Origin: a virus
Lineage: Duplodnaviria > Caudoviricetes
Strand: one strand, 5' to 3'
Virus record (IMG/VR): IMGVR_UViG_3300034073_001913
Span: 1 to 38,726 of that record
DNA: 38,726 bases
Shown here: piece by piece, positions 34,064-38,726 of the stretch
Layout: every line of letters begins with the position of its first letter
Numbering within the stretch: the first letter of the stretch is position 1
Translations under genes and position numbers: made by a program
Notes under the pieces: generated by a model
What the model was told of the DNA's origin: nothing
The model's database searches: none
Seen by the model: the letters and a program-made list of their open reading frames with translations, nothing else

Positions 34064-34948
34064 TTATTCAGCGCAGATGATTTCAACGACCTTCTCTTCT
34101 TCCATACGGGTTGCGCCGAAGGAAGCAGAGACGTAGACTTGAGTCGAGTTGCGCTTGTCGCGGCGAGGGCCAATGTCTGTGATGATGTCTTGACCAACGG
34201 CCAAGAGCAAACCAGACTGTGCCCAAGCAAGAACGCGACGATGGTTGGAAGCGTTAGTACGAACCAACTCAGTGCGAACAAACTCAAAGCCCATGAACGT
34301 GTTGAGTTCACCTTGTACCAGAGCACGAACAGTGTTGTAGTCGGCGCTAGAAACTTCGGTGGTTTTCAACAGATCAGTCACTTGTTTTGCAGTAACTGCG
34401 ATATAGCGGCGCTCGGTAGGATCTACCTCATTTGCGTCAAGGATTTGTTTTGCCTTGCGCAGCTTAGCGATAGTCAGACCAGAGTTAGCTGCTGCTCCGC
34501 TCTCCACATAGTCCACAGCAACTTGCTGCGTGTTAGGGAAGGTCACGGTAGTAGCACCAGTCTTGCCAGTATACACAGAACCAAAAGCAGCGTCAAGAAT
34601 CACTTCGTCCATCTTACGACCAAGCGCATAAGCTGCGTTTTGACTGTAAGGTGAGCTGGGATCAATCAGCATGCGGATGCGATCAGGACGATCAATCAAG
34701 TCAGCCCAATCGAAATCGCGCAAAGAAACGCGACGACGATCATGCGGCACATTGATCAATGGAGTATCTTGATGGCGGCCGGTTACCTCCTGAGCAGTGG
34801 TCGCACCAATGCGGTCGTAGAACTCAAACTCAGCATTCTGAGTTTCAGCACGTACGAGAGCACGCAGACGCGAGCCTTTCTGCTGGACGAGGTGTTCAAC
34901 GTTGGCACGGTACTGCTGTACGAATGCCGTCGTAATTTGAATGGACAT
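34064..34948 (-). CDS. Major capsid protein
   Basis: AFVQQY..NV..L.QQKGSRLR, ALGRKMDEVI, ALVQGEL.TFMGF and GATRMEE; GAGGAGG RBS. Confidence 0.92.
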   Translation of the reverse strand: MSIQITTAFVQQYRANVEHLVQQKGSRLRALVRAETQNAEFEFYDRIGATTAQEVTGRHQDTPLINVPHDRRRVSLRDFDWADLIDRPDRIRMLIDPSSPYSQNAAYALGRKMDEVILDAAFGSVYTGKTGATTVTFPNTQQVAVDYVESGAAANSGLTIAKLRKAKQILDANEVDPTERRYIAVTAKQVTDLLKTTEVSSADYNTVRALVQGELNTFMGFEFVRTELVRTNASNHRRVLAWAQSGLLLAVGQDIITDIGPRRDKRNSTQVYVSASFGATRMEEEKVVEIICAE

Positions 34949-34994
34949 ATGTCCTCCTCATTCAGTTAAAAAGTTAGAAACACGTTTGCCCGCA

Positions 34995-35081
34995 GAGGCT
35001 GCCCAAACTTCGGACCCCCACATACCCTTGTGGCTAGGCGACGCCCACGGACCCTTTCGGGTTGCCCGTAATTAGATAATA
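34995..35081 (-). promoter_or_regulatory. Putative late promoter (TATTAT) and structured 5' leader of the capsid mRNA
   Basis: TATTATCT, then ACGG-GCAA-CCC-GAAA-GGG-T-CCGT, CCACA/TGTGG and GGGG-T-CCGA-AGT-TTGG-GCAG-CCTC hairpins. Confidence 0.55.
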
Positions 35082-35103
35082 CAGCAAAAACCGGAAAAAT
35101 AAA

Positions 35104-35430
35104 CTAGCCCAGCATCTTAGTTTTTCCGGTCTTTCCATCCTTGTCTCGGACACTAGTCGTTCCCATGTTGACCGTGCTAGTGTCGATAAACCGCATTTCA
35201 CGCTGAACCTTCTTGACTACGTCATCGACATCGTCCCGAACAGGCTTAGCTTTCAACCGCTCAGCAAGAAGTTCGGACATACTCTTCTGAACCTCAGACG
35301 GCAGAGACGTAGACTTAACAGCGTCTCGAACAACCTGCTCCTTCTTAATTTCTTGAGAAGGCAGGGTATTAGTAACAATCTGCTGAAGTTCTTCCAAGTC
35401 TTTCGAATTTTTGCTGAGCAGTGTTTTCAT
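35104..35430 (-). CDS. Hypothetical protein
   Basis: ATGA overlap with the scaffold stop; GAGG RBS. Confidence 0.65.
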   Translation of the reverse strand: MKTLLSKNSKDLEELQQIVTNTLPSQEIKKEQVVRDAVKSTSLPSEVQKSMSELLAERLKAKPVRDDVDDVVKKVQREMRFIDTSTVNMGTTSVRDKDGKTGKTKMLG

Positions 35431-36290
35431 ACCTGGTTTACCTCGTCGGGATAAGCAAAGCCAAACAGATCTTGCATCTTCTGTACGGCTTCTTTGTGGC
35501 CAGTAGCTCCTGGAGTCATGTAAGAGTTCATGAAGTCCTTATCTCGCTGCATGCGAGCAATCTCTTGACGAGCAGAATCAGGAGTCATGGTCCAGCTACG
35601 TGATTGACCAGGGCTTGCTAGGGCCTCTTGCATTTGTTGTCCAATCTTGGCAAACATCTTTACAAACATGGGATGATCGCCAAGGCCTGTCTGATCAAGC
35701 CACGTCATCAGTTCTTGACCGCCAAAGGTTTCAACAGCGCGAACGGCAAGATCAACTCGCTCATCAAAAGCTTTGCCAAACTCGCGTTTGACGTCAGCAA
35801 CCCACTGCTCACGAGCAGCAGCACCGTTTTGAGTTACGCTGTTGTGCTGTTCGCCAACATAGGACATGTACTCTTTAAAAATACCCTCAGCTTGTTTTTG
35901 AGTCAAGCCGTTTGCGTGAAAAATCTTTTTAAACCGGTCTAGCGCTTCGGGTTGAAACTCCAAGCCCTCTGGAACAACGCCGTTAGGTTCTAGTTTGTAG
36001 TTGCCGTCGCCTGGGCGACCAAGGCGCTCGTAAAACATGTCCCATTCAGATTGATCAGACGTGTCGCCAGGGATAGCGATCTTGTCCTTACCAATCATGC
36101 GTTGAGCATGTACATACGATTTTGCAAGACCATTCAGGTCCTTAATGTCTGCCAGAGTGGGATCTGCGCGCAGCGTATCGTCTAAAGAAGCTCGCCAATC
36201 CATTACTGAACCGGCAGAGCTGCCCCCAGCGTCGCCTGCGCCAGCATCGCCAGCACCTGCTCCTGCGGACCCTCCGTTCATATCACTCAT
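35427..36290 (-). CDS. Capsid scaffolding / assembly protein
   Basis: LAKSYVHAQ.MIG, FYERLGRP and GLGDHP; lies between portal and MCP. Confidence 0.85.
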   Translation of the reverse strand: MSDMNGGSAGAGAGDAGAGDAGGSSAGSVMDWRASLDDTLRADPTLADIKDLNGLAKSYVHAQRMIGKDKIAIPGDTSDQSEWDMFYERLGRPGDGNYKLEPNGVVPEGLEFQPEALDRFKKIFHANGLTQKQAEGIFKEYMSYVGEQHNSVTQNGAAAREQWVADVKREFGKAFDERVDLAVRAVETFGGQELMTWLDQTGLGDHPMFVKMFAKIGQQMQEALASPGQSRSWTMTPDSARQEIARMQRDKDFMNSYMTPGATGHKEAVQKMQDLFGFAYPDEVNQV

Positions 36291-36537
36291 TGTTTAACTC
36301 CTCAAGTTGCTTCAAAAGTGCCCGTGCGTCTCTTTCCAAAAAACGCAAGATGCTAAGTACCAAGCGGCGTTGACCTTCACGGTGCGCCGTCTCGGTGGGA
36401 TCACCTGCTACGTAAGTGGTGTCTGCTAGAAAACCTACTTTGCAGAGGTGTTCAAGCACACGCTCACCATCAGGCGTGGAAAAAGTTTTCTTGTAGCTGT
36501 CGTGCAGCTCAACGACGTTAGGTTTAGATCGGGGCAC
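36283..36537 (-). CDS. Bbp19-like small head-module protein (GTG start inferred)
   Basis: YKKTFSTPDGERVL.HL and TAHREGQRRLVL; AGGAG RBS. Confidence 0.75.
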   Translation of the reverse strand: MPRSKPNVVELHDSYKKTFSTPDGERVLEHLCKVGFLADTTYVAGDPTETAHREGQRRLVLSILRFLERDARALLKQLEELNNE

Positions 36538-38215
36538 CTGGGACTCCTGAAGCACCTGGCTCAACACCTAAAGCAGGCGGAGGTTGCATTGCACCCTCAG
36601 GCATTACGGCAGCAGCGGTTGCTGCGTCCTTAGCCATGGCAGCCATTTCGCGGTTCTTAGCCAAGTCAAGTTGTTGTTGGGCTTGCTGACCCTTTTGATC
36701 ACGCATCTGTTGCAGTTGTTCCAATGAAACAAGCGTCTCAAGCGGAGCATCAAGCAGTTTAGCCGCCCAACGCACGGTACCATCAGCATCAATGTTGTCG
36801 AACACCTCTGGTTTGACGTTGGCCAAGGGAACCAAGGACTCCATCAAACGAGTGAAGTTAAACAGCTGTTGAGTCTTTTGGGCTCGTGCAACTGGAGACA
36901 CGTAGTCAATGCGAGTATTGCGGCCACGAATTTTCTCAGGGGCTGGCGGCAACATCTTGCGACGAACCATGATATTGAAGACCCGGTCAATCATAGGACC
37001 AAGCAACTCAAACTGCAAGCGACCAACCATAGGACCCATGAGGCGCATACGCTCTTCTTGACGCTGCAGCACTTCAGTGGCAGTCATAGAAGGACCTTCG
37101 CGCATCTGCATCCAGTCAACATGGAATGTCTTCAAGATGTGCGTACGACGTGAATCGATGAACTCCAGGCCGATGTCAGGACGAACACCTTCTACAAGAG
37201 GCATGACGCGGTCTTGCGTGCCTGAACGGTAGTAGTTGAGGCCACCAGGGATCGTGCGCAATGGCAGCATGAAACCGTCATCAGGAACAAGCAAAGGTGG
37301 ATCAGTGGCCTTCTGAGCAGCCTTGATCACTGTCTTGCTCATCTCATTGACCATCTTAATGTCTGGCAAAGCAGTCATGGCAGGAGACCTACCGTAGACT
37401 TCACCAGCGGTCTTAGTCCAACGAGGCACCATGTAGGGGAACTCGTTGAAGCCACTAAGATTTAGCAACAGCTTTTCTTCCTCAAGGATGTATGCGCTCA
37501 TGAAGGGCATATCCTTAGCAAGCTTGCTGTCTGGGTTAAACGTGTCACGAGGCTCAACTGCGTGGATGCAGGTAAACTCCTTGTGAGGATCCTTGTACAC
37601 GTTCTCAATGAATTTCTCTGGCAGAACGTCTTTGTACATCTGCAACAGCTGACGGCCAGTGTGCTTATACTGGCGATACAGGGTGTCAACAGTGCCTTCC
37701 GCATTTTCAGCGATGTAGCACTCGGCCAAGTGATAGGTTCTAAAGTTAATTGGCCTGCCTGGCTTGTCTTCAATGTACAAGACGCCAGTGCCGTATGAAC
37801 CAAGATCGAGATACAGCTCGTGAATCATCGAGCCGAAGTTAGAAGATGGCGAATGGAAGACTTCGCGGAACATCATTTCCACGACGCCTTGCAGCCAAGA
37901 CCTAACCTCCTCAGATTCTTCTTCACGCGTGCGCTCAAGCAGCAGCGTGAACCAGGTCTCTGAAGGAGCTGTCAAATAGCCATGCAGACCAGAGGCTAGC
38001 TGCTCATTTGCAAGCGGAGCCGTCGAGTCATAGACCTTGTCATACCTAGTTCGGTCGCCCTGGCTACGTTGAGCATTGAAGTCGCCGCGTCTTGGATTAA
38101 CGTAATCTGTGCAATCTTGCCACAGATTTTCCCAAGGGCTGCGAATCTGCTTTAGTTTTCCTAGACGATCAATCGTGGTGGTGACAAGCTTCTTTTGGTC
38201 TTGTCCCTTATCCAC
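36524..38215 (-). CDS. Portal (head-tail connector)
   Basis: YDSTAPLA...LASGL, VPRW...GEVYGRSPAM and MTATEV..RQEE. Confidence 0.93.
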   Translation of the reverse strand: MDKGQDQKKLVTTTIDRLGKLKQIRSPWENLWQDCTDYVNPRRGDFNAQRSQGDRTRYDKVYDSTAPLANEQLASGLHGYLTAPSETWFTLLLERTREEESEEVRSWLQGVVEMMFREVFHSPSSNFGSMIHELYLDLGSYGTGVLYIEDKPGRPINFRTYHLAECYIAENAEGTVDTLYRQYKHTGRQLLQMYKDVLPEKFIENVYKDPHKEFTCIHAVEPRDTFNPDSKLAKDMPFMSAYILEEEKLLLNLSGFNEFPYMVPRWTKTAGEVYGRSPAMTALPDIKMVNEMSKTVIKAAQKATDPPLLVPDDGFMLPLRTIPGGLNYYRSGTQDRVMPLVEGVRPDIGLEFIDSRRTHILKTFHVDWMQMREGPSMTATEVLQRQEERMRLMGPMVGRLQFELLGPMIDRVFNIMVRRKMLPPAPEKIRGRNTRIDYVSPVARAQKTQQLFNFTRLMESLVPLANVKPEVFDNIDADGTVRWAAKLLDAPLETLVSLEQLQQMRDQKGQQAQQQLDLAKNREMAAMAKDAATAAAVMPEGAMQPPPALGVEPGASGVPGAPI

Positions 38216-38217
38216 GA

Positions 38218-38475
38218 TTAACTACCGCCAAGAGGTGAGCGAGTACCGAGCAGTTTCTTCTTCTGCAGTTTTTCCATGCCAACTGAAATGCCTTGAGCCC
38301 CGGTCAGCATCGTGCCTTCACGAGTTTGTTCAGGGCCTTCGCCATCTTTACGCACGTTTTGAACCGCATCTTGCACCGCTTTGTCAGAAGTCTTAGGAGC
38401 TTCTGGAGTCGGGGCAGGAGCTGCAGGGCTACTGGGAGCAAGTCCCAAAGTTTTACCAAGCCATCCACCACACAT
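38218..38475 (-). CDS. Small Pro-rich virion protein preceding the portal
   Basis: MCGG start; TMLTGAQG...KKLLG; AAAGGAG RBS. Confidence 0.75.
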   Translation of the reverse strand: MCGGWLGKTLGLAPSSPAAPAPTPEAPKTSDKAVQDAVQNVRKDGEGPEQTREGTMLTGAQGISVGMEKLQKKKLLGTRSPLGGS

Positions 38476-38477
38476 AA

Positions 38478-38726
38478 CTATCTCCTTTTCTTAAAAAGGT
38501 TACCTACAACCTCGTAACCCAGGAGATGGTACAGCTGTGCCGTTCTCTCTGGGGCTACTTGAGTCGACGTGGCCGGAACAATTTCCTTAGCACCACGTTC
38601 AAAAGCCCAATCTTCAAATGCCTGAACTAACTTGACTGCAGCCAAACCGCCGCGTTTCGTTGGATCAACGTACAACGCCAGATCGACTGCCATCAGATCC
38701 TTACTGAAATAATACTCTGTTAGCAA
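38478..38726 (-). CDS. GNAT acetyltransferase (5'-truncated by the window end)
   Basis: LYVDPTKRGG...LVQAFEDWA..RGA...LYHLLGY acetyl-CoA-binding pattern. Confidence 0.8.
   Translation of the reverse strand: MLTEYYFSKDLMAVDLALYVDPTKRGGLAAVKLVQAFEDWAFERGAKEIVPATSTQVAPERTAQLYHLLGYEVVGNLFKKRR

Noticed and set aside
34045-34326. Frameshift-extended capsid (T7 10B-like)
   Set aside because: No clear slippery site; the alternative frame ends only 19 nt past the MCP stop, and the next gene has its own RBS
36220-36270. Short tandem repeat
   Set aside because: Low-complexity GAGDA linker of the scaffold N-terminus

Overview
Nearly complete genome (inferred about 40 kb, circularly permuted) of a podovirus-type dsDNA phage. 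I saw no RNA polymerase, integrase, tRNA or CRISPR array. The window opens inside the terminase large subunit and ends inside a GNAT gene just upstream of the portal region. A divergent non-coding control region (about 730-1400) separates two arms. The + arm (1406-17030) carries small early genes, DUF932, a nucleotide-modification cassette (SAM methyltransferase, MazG-like pyrophosphatase, dNMP kinase fused to a UDG-like domain, Asp-type thymidylate-synthase homolog, dCMP deaminase), PolA, a resolvase-like nuclease, SSB, AEP primase, and UvrD and SNF2 helicases. The - arm carries terminase, portal, scaffold, capsid, tail tubular A/B, four ejection proteins, two tail fibre/RBP genes, holin and an M15 endolysin. 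Three signals stand out: (1) a probable cytosine-modification pathway with an unexplained extra methyltransferase and a kinase-UDG fusion; (2) an ejection protein carrying tandem HipA/PI3K-like kinase and R-S-E ADP-ribosyltransferase domains; (3) a bipartite 72-bp element present as two inverted copies with identical internal spacing. All calls come from reading motifs and synteny by eye; no database searches were run.
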